37,652 nt of DNA, from the NCBI GenBank assembly GCA_001788965.1, contig MFXU01000047.1, positions 2,910 to 40,561 on the forward strand. The letters run 5' to 3'. The translations under genes were made by a program, and so were the position numbers. The notes beneath the pieces are model-generated. The model did not search any database. It saw only the letters and a program-made list of their open reading frames with translations, and was not told the DNA's origin. This stretch comes from Candidatus Peribacteria bacterium RIFCSPHIGHO2_02_FULL_51_15 (GTDB lineage Bacteria; Patescibacteriota; Gracilibacteria; Peribacterales; Peribacteraceae). This document shows, piece by piece, positions 17,032-25,448 of this stretch (position 1 is the first letter of the stretch; every line of letters begins with the position of its first letter).

Positions 17032-17301
17032 TTACTTCTTCAAATCTAACGCATCAATAACCTTCTGGTATTCATCCGTCTTGTTCATCCGAAGATAGGA
17101 CAGTAGCTTCCGGCGGCGCGAAACCTTGGCGATTAGCCCTCGTCTGGCTGAATTGTCCTTTTTGTGATCTCTGAGGTGTTTGGTCACCTGATCTATCTCC
17201 TTCGTGAGGATCGCAACCTGGACCGACGGGGAGCCTGTGTCGCCGTCATGCAGACGATGCTTGGTGATGATTTTCTTTTTCGAGGCGCGCTTCAGAGCCA
17301 T
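17032..17301 (-). CDS. rpsO: 30S ribosomal protein S15
   Basis: HDGDTGSPSVQVAILT, HKKDNSARRGL, RRKLLSYL. Upstream of pnp. Start Met13. Confidence 0.97.
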   Translation of the reverse strand: MALKRASKKKIITKHRLHDGDTGSPSVQVAILTKEIDQVTKHLRDHKKDNSARRGLIAKVSRRRKLLSYLRMNKTDEYQKVIDALDLKK

Positions 17302-17440
17302 AAAAATGGGGGTTAATTTCCCGAAGTGTAAAATCACAAACCTTCTTCGGGCCTTCTCCAGCGGATATCCGACAGGAAAAAGTGCGATAGCGGGCTTAGA
17401 CTAGCGGGACTTTGTCCAAAGTCAAGAAGCTGGACACGAT

Positions 17441-17551
17441 AAAGAAACCGAAGAAACCGACGAGTCCGAAGAAACCGAAGAAAAAAACCGGTTCATGACC
17501 TTCTGTTGCACTCCTCGGGTTCCTCGGTTTCCTCGGTTTCGTCGGTTTCCT
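17441..17551. repeat. 9-mer-armed hairpin (GAAACCGAA)n...(CTCGGTTTC)n
   Basis: aaagaaaccgaagaaaccgacgagtccgaagaaaccgaag ... cctcgggttcctcggtttcctcggtttcgtcggtttcct. Confidence 0.85.
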
Positions 17552-17560
17552 CCCAAAATA

Positions 17561-17589
17561 GTGGACAATCGTCCACCCTGTGCTAGTAT
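17561..17589 (+). promoter_or_regulatory. Promoter overlapped by candidate LexA operator GTGGAC-AATC-GTCCAC
   Basis: The palindrome at 17561-17576 overlaps TGGACA (-35). Extended -10 TG-C-TAGTAT at 17581-17589. Confidence 0.55.
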
Positions 17590-17596
17590 GGCCATT

Positions 17597-18772
17597 ATGG
17601 AAACTGCTTTGATCGTTATAGGCTTACTGATTGTCGCCGGAATTGGCGTTAACATAGCTCTTCAACTTAGAACACCCCCACCCCCAACCGGTTCCAGAGA
17701 CTTGAGTCTAGATTTGGCCAAAACTGAAAAAGAGCTTGAATCCGAGAAAGCGGAAAAGAACAAACTGGCCGGTATGAATAAGCAGCTTTTCGCCGAAATA
17801 CAACAAATTAAAGGGGACTTGAAAGCAACAGAAAAAGAACGTGACAGTCTCCAAGCTCGCGTGACCAAATTCGAGACCAATAAGGAACATCAAGAAAAGG
17901 AGAATAAAGAAATGATTCTAAACCAGGCAAATGCCCTAAAGGCTTTGGACGAAGAGCGACAGAGAGTAACCAAAGAGGATCAGGATCGGCAAAGGCTGCG
18001 AGAAGAAGAACGTGATCGGATTTGGGGCGAGCATGAAAACGATGTCATTTCGGCACTGCTCGATCTTTGCAAGCTTCCACAGTTTCAGTTCACCTGCTAC
18101 ACAAACAAAACTCTACCAGATGAATTCGACGGCAGTCTCAAGCCCGATTTTTTAATCGAATTTCTGGATCAATACGTTATTTTCGACGCCAAAGCGTCTA
18201 AAGCGCAGAGTTTGCAAACCTACATCGACGACGCTGTGAGAAAAACAGCGGACAAAGTCCGGAAAAACAAGAATATTTATCCTCACGTTTTCTTAGTCGT
18301 ACCGAGCCAGGCAATATCGGAGCTGAAGAAAGTGATTTATCCAAAAGATGAATTGATATTTTACGTGATTTCCCGGGAGGCATTAGCTCCGATTCTTGCT
18401 TCACTCAAAAGGATTTCTACTTATGAATTGGCTGAGCAACTGGATCCCCAAAAGCGCGAAAATATCATCAATATGATTGCCGAACTGGTGACCCATATCA
18501 GTTACCGGAATGCTCACGAACTGATCCTTACCCGGATGGGAGCGGATACAGTTGAACGCATCCAGCACATCGATCCCGATTTGGCGGAGGAGATTGATCA
18601 GAAACAATCTGAGAAAAAGATGACCCAGTTGACGATGTCAGAAATAAAACGCTTGGCCTCCAGCGTTTCCGAGCAAAAAAATGCCGCTTCACAGTTGGCT
18701 TCGCCGAAAGCTGCGGTAAAAAAACCGTTTATCCAAAGCGCTGAAACAGTCATTGCTGGAAAAATGCTTTGA
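17597..18772 (+). CDS. Membrane-anchored coiled-coil PD-(D/E)xK nuclease, RmuC-like
   Basis: N-terminal TM, long coiled coil, KPDFLIEF..QYVIFDAK and FLVVPS motifs. Start Met35 (alternative 17588). Confidence 0.7.
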   Translation: METALIVIGLLIVAGIGVNIALQLRTPPPPTGSRDLSLDLAKTEKELESEKAEKNKLAGMNKQLFAEIQQIKGDLKATEKERDSLQARVTKFETNKEHQEKENKEMILNQANALKALDEERQRVTKEDQDRQRLREEERDRIWGEHENDVISALLDLCKLPQFQFTCYTNKTLPDEFDGSLKPDFLIEFLDQYVIFDAKASKAQSLQTYIDDAVRKTADKVRKNKNIYPHVFLVVPSQAISELKKVIYPKDELIFYVISREALAPILASLKRISTYELAEQLDPQKRENIINMIAELVTHISYRNAHELILTRMGADTVERIQHIDPDLAEEIDQKQSEKKMTQLTMSEIKRLASSVSEQKNAASQLASPKAAVKKPFIQSAETVIAGKML

Positions 18773-18796
18773 CAGAATTCCGGTAGGGACTAAAGT
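18769..18796 (+). promoter_or_regulatory. sigma70-type promoter of the attenuated unit
   Basis: TTGACA-16 nt-TAAAGT. Confidence 0.7.
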
Positions 18797-18815
18797 TTGA
18801 TTAGTGTTGTTTCAA

Positions 18816-18869
18816 ATGTCTCAATTGAATACGCTCATCAGCCTCGTCCTCGTAGTCGTCGTTCCTTAG
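18816..18869 (+). CDS. Leader peptide MSQLNTLISLVLVVVVP (Val/Leu/Ile-rich)
   Basis: 17 codons, 10 of them Leu/Ile/Val, including four consecutive Val. Resembles ilv-type leader peptides. Confidence 0.7.
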   Translation: MSQLNTLISLVLVVVVP

Positions 18870-18874
18870 GAACC

Positions 18875-18929
18875 GCGCGAGCCGTGCTGAAATAAACCCA
18901 CCTCGCGCCAAGCGGGGTTTTTTGTTTTT
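18875..18929 (+). terminator. Attenuator antiterminator/terminator
   Basis: GCGCGAG (18875-18881) is complementary to CTCGCGC (18902-18908), which overlaps the terminator ACCTCGC-GCCAA-GCGGGGT-TTTTTGTTTTT. Confidence 0.7.
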
Positions 18930-18944
18930 ATTCCCATCAATACA

Positions 18945-19172
18945 ATGCCAAAATTCTCGGAAACACCACCGATGACCATCGTCCAATCCGAAGGCAATGG
19001 TTACGAGTTCTGGCACGGATCGGGGCGTATCACCGTGCGTAATTGCAATAATATCTTTCGAATGACCAGTGTGCTTGTCCGCAATATTCAGCCGGATGCC
19101 GATGTCGATAAGATAATTGAAGCGATGGGCAAAAAGGTTACTTCTGCAATTAAAAACGGATCGGATAAATAA
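18945..19172 (+). CDS. Small hypothetical protein (75 aa) downstream of the attenuator
   Basis: The ORF begins 15 nt after the U-tract. No family recognised. Confidence 0.65.
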   Translation: MPKFSETPPMTIVQSEGNGYEFWHGSGRITVRNCNNIFRMTSVLVRNIQPDADVDKIIEAMGKKVTSAIKNGSDK

Positions 19173-19194
19173 AATCTTCGATAAACGCGCTTTC

Positions 19195-19241
19195 GCATGG
19201 GCGCAACGCCCATGCCCCCACGGCCGGGACGGCCGTGCCAC
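19195..19241. repeat. REP-like palindrome pair
   Basis: gcatgggcgcaacgcccatgc and cacggccgggacggccgtgccac. Confidence 0.7.
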
Positions 19242-19315
19242 ATCGTAATCAGAAATTTTACTTGTCTTGATTCTTGATTCCTGGTTCTCATATGAAGCGC
19301 TAAGATCAATCGCCA

Positions 19316-21553
19316 ATGTCTTATGATGATCCGATACTCGGCCCGCTTAACGAATCGCAGAGAGAAGCGGTGCTGAAGATAAAAGGCCCAGCGCTGATAC
19401 TCGCTGGAGCCGGCAGCGGAAAGACACGCACGCTGACCCATCGCATCGCTTACATGATCGAACAGGGCATACCACCCTGGCAGATATTGGCGGTTACTTT
19501 TACGAACAAAGCTGCCGCGGAGATGAAAGAACGCATTCGGACCCTGCTCAAAATCACCAACGTCGAGGGCACCGAACGCGAGCATCTGCCGGCAAGCGGG
19601 ACTTTCCATTCCATTTGCGCCCGGATACTCCGCCGCGATATCGAAAATATCGGTCGAAACAGGAACTACGTGATTTACGATTCCGACGATCAGAAAAAGG
19701 TCATGCAGCATGTTTTGCGAAATATGAAGATCCCGCCGGAGGAGCTGAAGCCCCGGGCGGCCATGGCCCACCTCGGCCGGTTCAAATGCGAAGCTCTGAG
19801 TCCTCATGAAGTGAAAACCCAAGCCACGACTTACACTACCCGGCGTATGGCCGAAGTATATTCCGCTTACCAGCAGGAGCTGAAAACCGCCGACGCGCTG
19901 GATTTCGACGACTTGATACTCGAAACCATCCGGCTTTTCAAAGAATGTCCGAAAATTTTGGAAAGATACCAAATGACCTGGCGTTATCTGCATGTCGACG
20001 AATATCAGGACACGAACCATGCGCAGTACCTTTTCATCAGCCTGCTGGCAGCAGGGCAGCGGAACCTGTGCGTCATCGGCGATCCGGATCAAGCGATCTA
20101 CGCTTTCCGCGGCGCCGATATCCGGAACATCCTGGAGTTTCAAAAAGAATATCCGAATGCCGTTTCGGTGAAGCTGGAACGAAATTATCGTTCGACTCAG
20201 CAGATCCTGGATGCCGCCGACGCAATCATCGCGGCCAATCCGAACCGGCCACAGAAAAAGATGTGGACTGACCGGAAAGACGGGAAGCTGATCACGCTGT
20301 CGGAAGTTTTGGATGAGCGGCGCGAGTCCGAGGAAGCGGTGAGAGGGGTGCTGGAACGGCAAAAAGACGGCGTGCCGCTGATCGAGCAGGCGATTTTGTA
20401 CCGCACCAATGCCCAATCCCGCCTGCTTGAGGAAGCCTGCCTCCGGGCTTCGGTCCCCTACCGGATCTACGGCGGGGTGAAATTTTACGCCCGCCGCGAA
20501 GTGAAGGACGTAATCGCTTATCTGTATGTCCTCCTCAATCCGAACGACACGGTATCGCTTCTCAGAATCATAAACGTCCCTTCCCGGAAAATCGGCGAAA
20601 CGACTATCGGCCGGATGCAGAATTTTTGTAATGAACGAAGCCTGTCTCTGTGGCAGGCTCTCAGGCACATCGAAATGGTCGAAGGCCTTAGTGACCCGGT
20701 AAAGCAGCGGCTGATCGGTTTCGTGGAAATGATCGAAAGCCTGAAAAAGCTTTCGGAAACCGAAGTCGTAAGCGGTCTTGCGGCAAAACTGATCGAAAAA
20801 ACCGGACTCGAAAAACATCTGCGGGATGACACCGACGAAGGCGAGACGCGGTGGGAAAACGTGCTGGAGCTGCTCTCAGTGACCAAAAAATACGACTATC
20901 TCCAGCCGCCCGAATCACTTACCAGCTTCCTCGAAGAAGTCGCGTTGATTTCGGAAGTGGATGCCATGACCGAAACCCGTTCCGATTCGCTGACTCTCAT
21001 GACACTGCATCTTTGCAAAGGACTGGAATTCAGCTCCGTTACGGTCGTCGGCTGCGAAGAGGGGCTGCTGCCGCACAGCGCGGGGCTTTTCGATCACAAC
21101 CAACTGGAAGAAGAACGCCGCCTGCTTTACGTCGGCATGACCAGAGCGAAAGACCGTCTGACTCTGCTTCACACCATCCGCAGGACGCTGTGGGGGAAAA
21201 CCGAAAGTAACCTCCGAAGCCGGTTTTTGGATGACCTGCCGCACGCAGTGATCGAAGTGAAAAGCGATACCCTAAACAGCAAGTTCGGCTGGCTCACCAG
21301 TTCTGTAGTCGCCGCAACGTCCCAACCCAAACCCCAGCCCCAACCCTATAACGACTTCAATCAGGACACTTCTGCTGAAGAATGGCTGCAGCCAATCGAG
21401 GAAGAGCTCATCGACGGAACGCGCATACTCCACCGGACTCTCGGCGAAGGCACGGTCCTAAAGCGCAGCGGCGACGTGGTGGAAGTGCTTTTCGACAATG
21501 GGAAAAAGAAACATCTGGCGCTGGGAATAGCACCGATAAAGATACTCAATTAA
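19316..21553 (+). CDS. pcrA: UvrD/PcrA SF1 DNA helicase
   Basis: AGAGSGKT, TFTNKAA, VDEYQDTN, GDPDQAIYAFRGA, NYRST, KGLEF, EERRLLYVGMTRA and a C-terminal Tudor-like domain. Confidence 0.96.
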   Translation: MSYDDPILGPLNESQREAVLKIKGPALILAGAGSGKTRTLTHRIAYMIEQGIPPWQILAVTFTNKAAAEMKERIRTLLKITNVEGTEREHLPASGTFHSICARILRRDIENIGRNRNYVIYDSDDQKKVMQHVLRNMKIPPEELKPRAAMAHLGRFKCEALSPHEVKTQATTYTTRRMAEVYSAYQQELKTADALDFDDLILETIRLFKECPKILERYQMTWRYLHVDEYQDTNHAQYLFISLLAAGQRNLCVIGDPDQAIYAFRGADIRNILEFQKEYPNAVSVKLERNYRSTQQILDAADAIIAANPNRPQKKMWTDRKDGKLITLSEVLDERRESEEAVRGVLERQKDGVPLIEQAILYRTNAQSRLLEEACLRASVPYRIYGGVKFYARREVKDVIAYLYVLLNPNDTVSLLRIINVPSRKIGETTIGRMQNFCNERSLSLWQALRHIEMVEGLSDPVKQRLIGFVEMIESLKKLSETEVVSGLAAKLIEKTGLEKHLRDDTDEGETRWENVLELLSVTKKYDYLQPPESLTSFLEEVALISEVDAMTETRSDSLTLMTLHLCKGLEFSSVTVVGCEEGLLPHSAGLFDHNQLEEERRLLYVGMTRAKDRLTLLHTIRRTLWGKTESNLRSRFLDDLPHAVIEVKSDTLNSKFGWLTSSVVAATSQPKPQPQPYNDFNQDTSAEEWLQPIEEELIDGTRILHRTLGEGTVLKRSGDVVEVLFDNGKKKHLALGIAPIKILN

Positions 21554-21657
21554 ATTGCTAAATTGTTAAATTGCTAAATTGTTCGCAAGCGGAACGCACG
21601 TTGTTGTGCGCTCGTCCACGAACATGGTGGTCATTCTAACAATTTAGCAATTTAATT
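21548..21657. repeat. Octamer-armed element copy C, between two convergent stop codons
   Basis: aattaaattgctaaattgttaaattgctaaattgttcgcaagcggaacgcacgtt...taacaatttagcaatttaatt. Confidence 0.85.
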
Positions 21658-22836
21658 TTGCCAATATGTCCCATCCGCTATCGGCGCTGGCAGCGAGACC
21701 CACTCGAATGTATTTGAGCCGTCCCACCAGCTTATCGCTCCGGAAGTCAAAATATCCCCGGCCTGGTTTATCGAAATCCGCAGGCTCGCGTTCTGCGTAT
21801 TGTCGGGAATGAATACAGAGCCGTAAACCGTCAGTGTCCGCGGACCCTCATTTAGCTCTCCGAAACCGGCCGAAACCAGGCAGGTGATTTGCGATGCATT
21901 GGCCGTGCAGGACCTGCGGTCATCGCTTCCGTCGGCGCGCATATAAACATTGCTGAGCTCTATTCCTCCGGTCCGGCCGATATCAAAAACCACTTGCTGG
22001 ATCTGGATATGCGCGACCGGGTCCGATCTCCGTCCCTCGAAAGTGAAAGCGCCCAGCTTGCGGTCCTGTCCTGAGACAAGCGAATCCGTCGCGCTCAATG
22101 CGTTTGCGACTTTCGTTATCTCCGAGCGCGCAGTCAGGAAACTCGGGAAATTTTCAGTCGAGGATTTCGCGTATTTCTGGCTGGTCCATTCGCCGTTTCC
22201 CTCGACCAGCAGATTGCTCACCGCTATCACTTCATTGCTCAAAGCGCCCTGATCCCGAGAAAGCAGTTTCGGTCTCACATAAAAATGGAAATCCTGACGC
22301 CGGGGCACGGTCAGCGCGCCGGCGGCCAGAGACAGCTTGTACTTGCGGTTCGTGGTATTTGACGGATCCATACGGGCATGGCCGAGCAAGCGGCGGTTTT
22401 CGTCGAATATCAGCAAATCGTCTATCACGTTCGTTTCGGCTGCCAGATTGACCGATATCGACGTGACAAAAAGCGCTTCATCATCCAGGAATATTTTTGC
22501 CGCTGCGACCGTCGGCCCGGTTTCTCCGAGAAGAACGAATTGGGTGTGAACGGTCGTGTCATCGAGAGTGTCGACAGAGAAAGAAGAAACCGAGGATGCC
22601 GAAGAAACCGACGAAGAGGTTTTAGATTGAGTTGAGGCCGTGCTTGCAGCCCCCGGTAGCGCGCAATTGGCTTTCCTCCCGGCACGGATAAGCCGCTTGG
22701 CCCGGCGTATCGAAGCCCTGGATTCACACTGTTTCAAAGCCTTGTTTTGGGCTGTGAAATACGTGCTTTCCTTTGCCCAAGCTATCTGGGAAGCAAGCAA
22801 AGCACCGATAACGATCAAGGGCACGAGTAAACGCAC
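21652..22836 (-). CDS. Secreted hypothetical protein with Ser-rich linker and beta-rich domains
   Basis: Signal-peptide-like N-terminus (GTG start), SSSVSSASSVSS linker. Confidence 0.8.
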   Translation of the reverse strand: MRLLVPLIVIGALLASQIAWAKESTYFTAQNKALKQCESRASIRRAKRLIRAGRKANCALPGAASTASTQSKTSSSVSSASSVSSFSVDTLDDTTVHTQFVLLGETGPTVAAAKIFLDDEALFVTSISVNLAAETNVIDDLLIFDENRRLLGHARMDPSNTTNRKYKLSLAAGALTVPRRQDFHFYVRPKLLSRDQGALSNEVIAVSNLLVEGNGEWTSQKYAKSSTENFPSFLTARSEITKVANALSATDSLVSGQDRKLGAFTFEGRRSDPVAHIQIQQVVFDIGRTGGIELSNVYMRADGSDDRRSCTANASQITCLVSAGFGELNEGPRTLTVYGSVFIPDNTQNASLRISINQAGDILTSGAISWWDGSNTFEWVSLPAPIADGTYWQN

Positions 22837-22875
22837 TTCAACATGATAGGAGAATCAAACAGTAGGAAGCAAGAA

Positions 22876-22984
22876 TAAGGTAAGGAAGGTAATGGAGGTA
22901 AGGAAGGTAAGGCAGGTGACGAAACAAAAGAAAAACGAGGCACCTTCCTTACTTCCCTTACTTTCCTTACCTACCTTACCTTTT
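22876..22984. repeat. 9-mer-armed hairpin with conserved spacer
   Basis: (GGTAAGGAA)n-ggtgacgaaacaaaagaaaaacgaggcacc-(TTCCTTACY)n. Confidence 0.85.
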
Positions 22985-23007
22985 GTCGCATGAGGCATAA
23001 TATCCCC

Positions 23008-23871
23008 ATGCTCCGGCAAGAAGTCACTGATTTTCTCAGACTCCATAAGATCCGCCTGGACACTCGCTCCGGTCAGCATTTTCTGGTAGATGAAGAAGCG
23101 TTAACCGAAATCGTCGAGGTCGCGCGCCTGAAGCCGAATGACAACGTGGTAGAGATCGGCCCGGGTATCGGAATACTCACACGTGAACTGATCAAGCATG
23201 TCACCCATGTAACCGCGGTCGAAATCGACGAACGTTTCATCAAATTACTGAATACTTTCATAACCAAAAACCCGCCTTCGCCTGAAGGTTTCGGACGGGC
23301 AGGCCAGCAACAAAAAACCAAAAAACTTACAATAGTTCATGGTAATGCCCTCCAGGCTTCCCTGCCGCTTAAACCTTACAAAGTCGTCGCCAACATCCCG
23401 TATTACATCACCTCTCCCCTGCTGCATCATCTGCTTCTGGAAAGCGCAAAACTTCCGGAAACGCTCACGCTGCTTATCCAGCGGGAAGTCGCCGAAAATA
23501 TCTGTGCTCCGGGCAGCTCGGGGATACTGGCGGTGCTCGTTAAGCTTTTCGGGACACCGGCACTCATACGGATCGTCCCGAAAGATGCATTTCTTCCACC
23601 ACCGGAAGTGGACTCCGCTATTCTTCATATCGATTGTTCCAGGCCAAAAATCACGGATGCCAAAACCGCAAAACAAATTTTGGGACATGCCAAGCTGGCT
23701 TTTTCAAAACGCCGGAAAATGCTCGGCAATTCAATCGGCAAAACGCCCGGCGGTATGGAGGCACTGAGAAAGGCCGCCATAGATCCGATCCGCCGGCCGG
23801 AAACACTGGAAATAGAAGAATGGATCAAATTCAACAATATTTTTAAGCAGATAAAAACTCCGAAATTATGA
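23008..23871 (+). CDS. rsmA: 16S rRNA m6(2)A1518/1519 dimethyltransferase
   Basis: GQHFLVD, VVEIGPGIGILT, VEID, VVANIPYYIT, FLPPPEVDS, RRKML, RRPETL. Confidence 0.96.
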   Translation: MLRQEVTDFLRLHKIRLDTRSGQHFLVDEEALTEIVEVARLKPNDNVVEIGPGIGILTRELIKHVTHVTAVEIDERFIKLLNTFITKNPPSPEGFGRAGQQQKTKKLTIVHGNALQASLPLKPYKVVANIPYYITSPLLHHLLLESAKLPETLTLLIQREVAENICAPGSSGILAVLVKLFGTPALIRIVPKDAFLPPPEVDSAILHIDCSRPKITDAKTAKQILGHAKLAFSKRRKMLGNSIGKTPGGMEALRKAAIDPIRRPETLEIEEWIKFNNIFKQIKTPKL

Positions 23872-25283
23872 AAATATCACGGCTAACTTACGGCTTTTTG
23901 ATTTCCTTTGTCATCGCCGTTTTTCTGCTTCAGTGGTGGCAAAGTCCGCATTCAGTCGCCAATCTGTGGTTTTCGATTTCCGGCGCGGGAATATGCTCGG
24001 TGGTCATGATTTTTTTCCGCCGCAGAGAGATCGGCTTCCTGTCGCTCGCCATCTGCGCCGGCGTCTCGGCGGCCTTCATCGCGGTGATTCACTCGGCTCA
24101 CGTGACAACGAATCGGGACATCGAATCTTTTGCCGACGGGAAAAAAATGACGCTGCTCGGCCGCGTCGCGGATATGCCCGACCGCCGGCCGGATGTGACG
24201 AAATACAAAATCCAGGTCACTGCCATAACCCGCGGCAAAGTAAAAAAAGAAGTAACCGGCAATGTTTTGGTAAACGACAAAAACGGTTGGCCGAGGTATC
24301 GGTACGGTGACCAGGTCAAAGTCAGCGGAACACTCGAACCGCCGGGCAAAATAGAGGATTTCGACTATGGCGCTTACTTGAGCCTCAGCGACATCTACGC
24401 CATAGTGCCCTGGGGCCGGATCGAAGCGGTTCCCGCAGCTGCAAAGACCGGAACAATTTCAAAAATATTTTCAGCTCTCTTCGGTTTGCGCGAAACCGCC
24501 GAAGGCTGGATAAACCGCGTGCAAACCGAGCCGCATGCCTCGCTGCTCTCAGGATTGCTCACCGGATCGCGCCGCGGCATACCGGAAAATCTGACGGCAT
24601 CTTTTCGCACCGCCGGGCTGTCTCACATCGTGGCCATCAGCGGTTACAACGTGACGATAATACTGGCTCTCCTTTCCGGGCTTCTCTTTTGGCTGCCGAT
24701 AAAAGCGCGGTTTCCCTTTCTTCTGATAGGCATCGTCGCCTTCACGATTTTCGTCGGCGCCGGATCGACCGTCGTCCGCGCGGCGATAATGGGCATACTG
24801 GGTTTGGCCGCTCTTGAGTCCGGCCGCCTTCCTGCCATGCGGTTAAGCATTCTCTGGACCGCGTTTTTCATGCTCATCTTCCGTCCGGCATTCATCTGGG
24901 ACGACGCGGGTTTTCAGCTTTCATTCCTGGCCGTCATCGGCATCGCCGGGCTCGGCGCGCCGTTAAAAAAAATATTGAACCGTGTGCCGGAATCTTTCGG
25001 CCTCAGGAAAGCGCTGGTAGCCACTCTCGCCGCGCAGATCGCCACTCTTCCGCTCACAGTTTTTCTCTTCAGGCAGATTTCACTCGTCGCGCCGTTTTCA
25101 AATATCATCGTTGCTCCGCTGATCCCGGCCGCGATGCTGCTCGGCTTCATCGGCGCGATACTGGGCGCCGTCTACTGGCCGCTTGGTTTGGCCGTAAGCT
25201 ATCCGGCTTGGGCGTTTCTGGAAATCATCATCAAAATCGCAACCTGGAGCGCAGCGATTCCGTGGGCAGCGATTAAATTTTAA
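23868..25283 (+). CDS. comEC: ComEC/Rec2 competence protein (OB-fold plus Competence domain, no beta-lactamase domain)
   Basis: FDYGAYL, GLSHIVAISGYNV, VVRAAIMG, DAGFQLSFLA. Confidence 0.92.
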   Translation: MKISRLTYGFLISFVIAVFLLQWWQSPHSVANLWFSISGAGICSVVMIFFRRREIGFLSLAICAGVSAAFIAVIHSAHVTTNRDIESFADGKKMTLLGRVADMPDRRPDVTKYKIQVTAITRGKVKKEVTGNVLVNDKNGWPRYRYGDQVKVSGTLEPPGKIEDFDYGAYLSLSDIYAIVPWGRIEAVPAAAKTGTISKIFSALFGLRETAEGWINRVQTEPHASLLSGLLTGSRRGIPENLTASFRTAGLSHIVAISGYNVTIILALLSGLLFWLPIKARFPFLLIGIVAFTIFVGAGSTVVRAAIMGILGLAALESGRLPAMRLSILWTAFFMLIFRPAFIWDDAGFQLSFLAVIGIAGLGAPLKKILNRVPESFGLRKALVATLAAQIATLPLTVFLFRQISLVAPFSNIIVAPLIPAAMLLGFIGAILGAVYWPLGLAVSYPAWAFLEIIIKIATWSAAIPWAAIKF

Positions 25284-25448
25284 AAGGTAAGGTAAGTAAT
25301 GGAGGTAAGGAAGGTAAGGAAGGTGACGGAACAAAGGAAAACGAGATACTTTCCTTACTTTCCTTACTTTCCTTACTTTCCTTACTTTCCTTACTTTCCT
25401 TACTTTCCTTACCTTCCTTACCTTCCTTACTTTCCTTACTTTCCTTCC
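25284..25448. repeat. 9-mer-armed hairpin with conserved spacer and expanded right arm
   Basis: (GGTAAGGAA)n-ggtgacggaacaaaggaaaacgagatact-(TTCCTTACY) x about 10. Confidence 0.9.

Noticed and set aside
19583-19600. ctgccggcaagcggg in pcrA as an in-frame REP insertion
   Set aside because: It falls at the normal position before the conserved GTFHS motif and adds no evident length.
19088-20818. 576-aa antisense ORF and other long shadow ORFs (12951-13850, 4636-5460, 33523-34422, 14343-15092)
   Set aside because: They overlap well-supported genes on the opposite strand and show no recognisable motifs.
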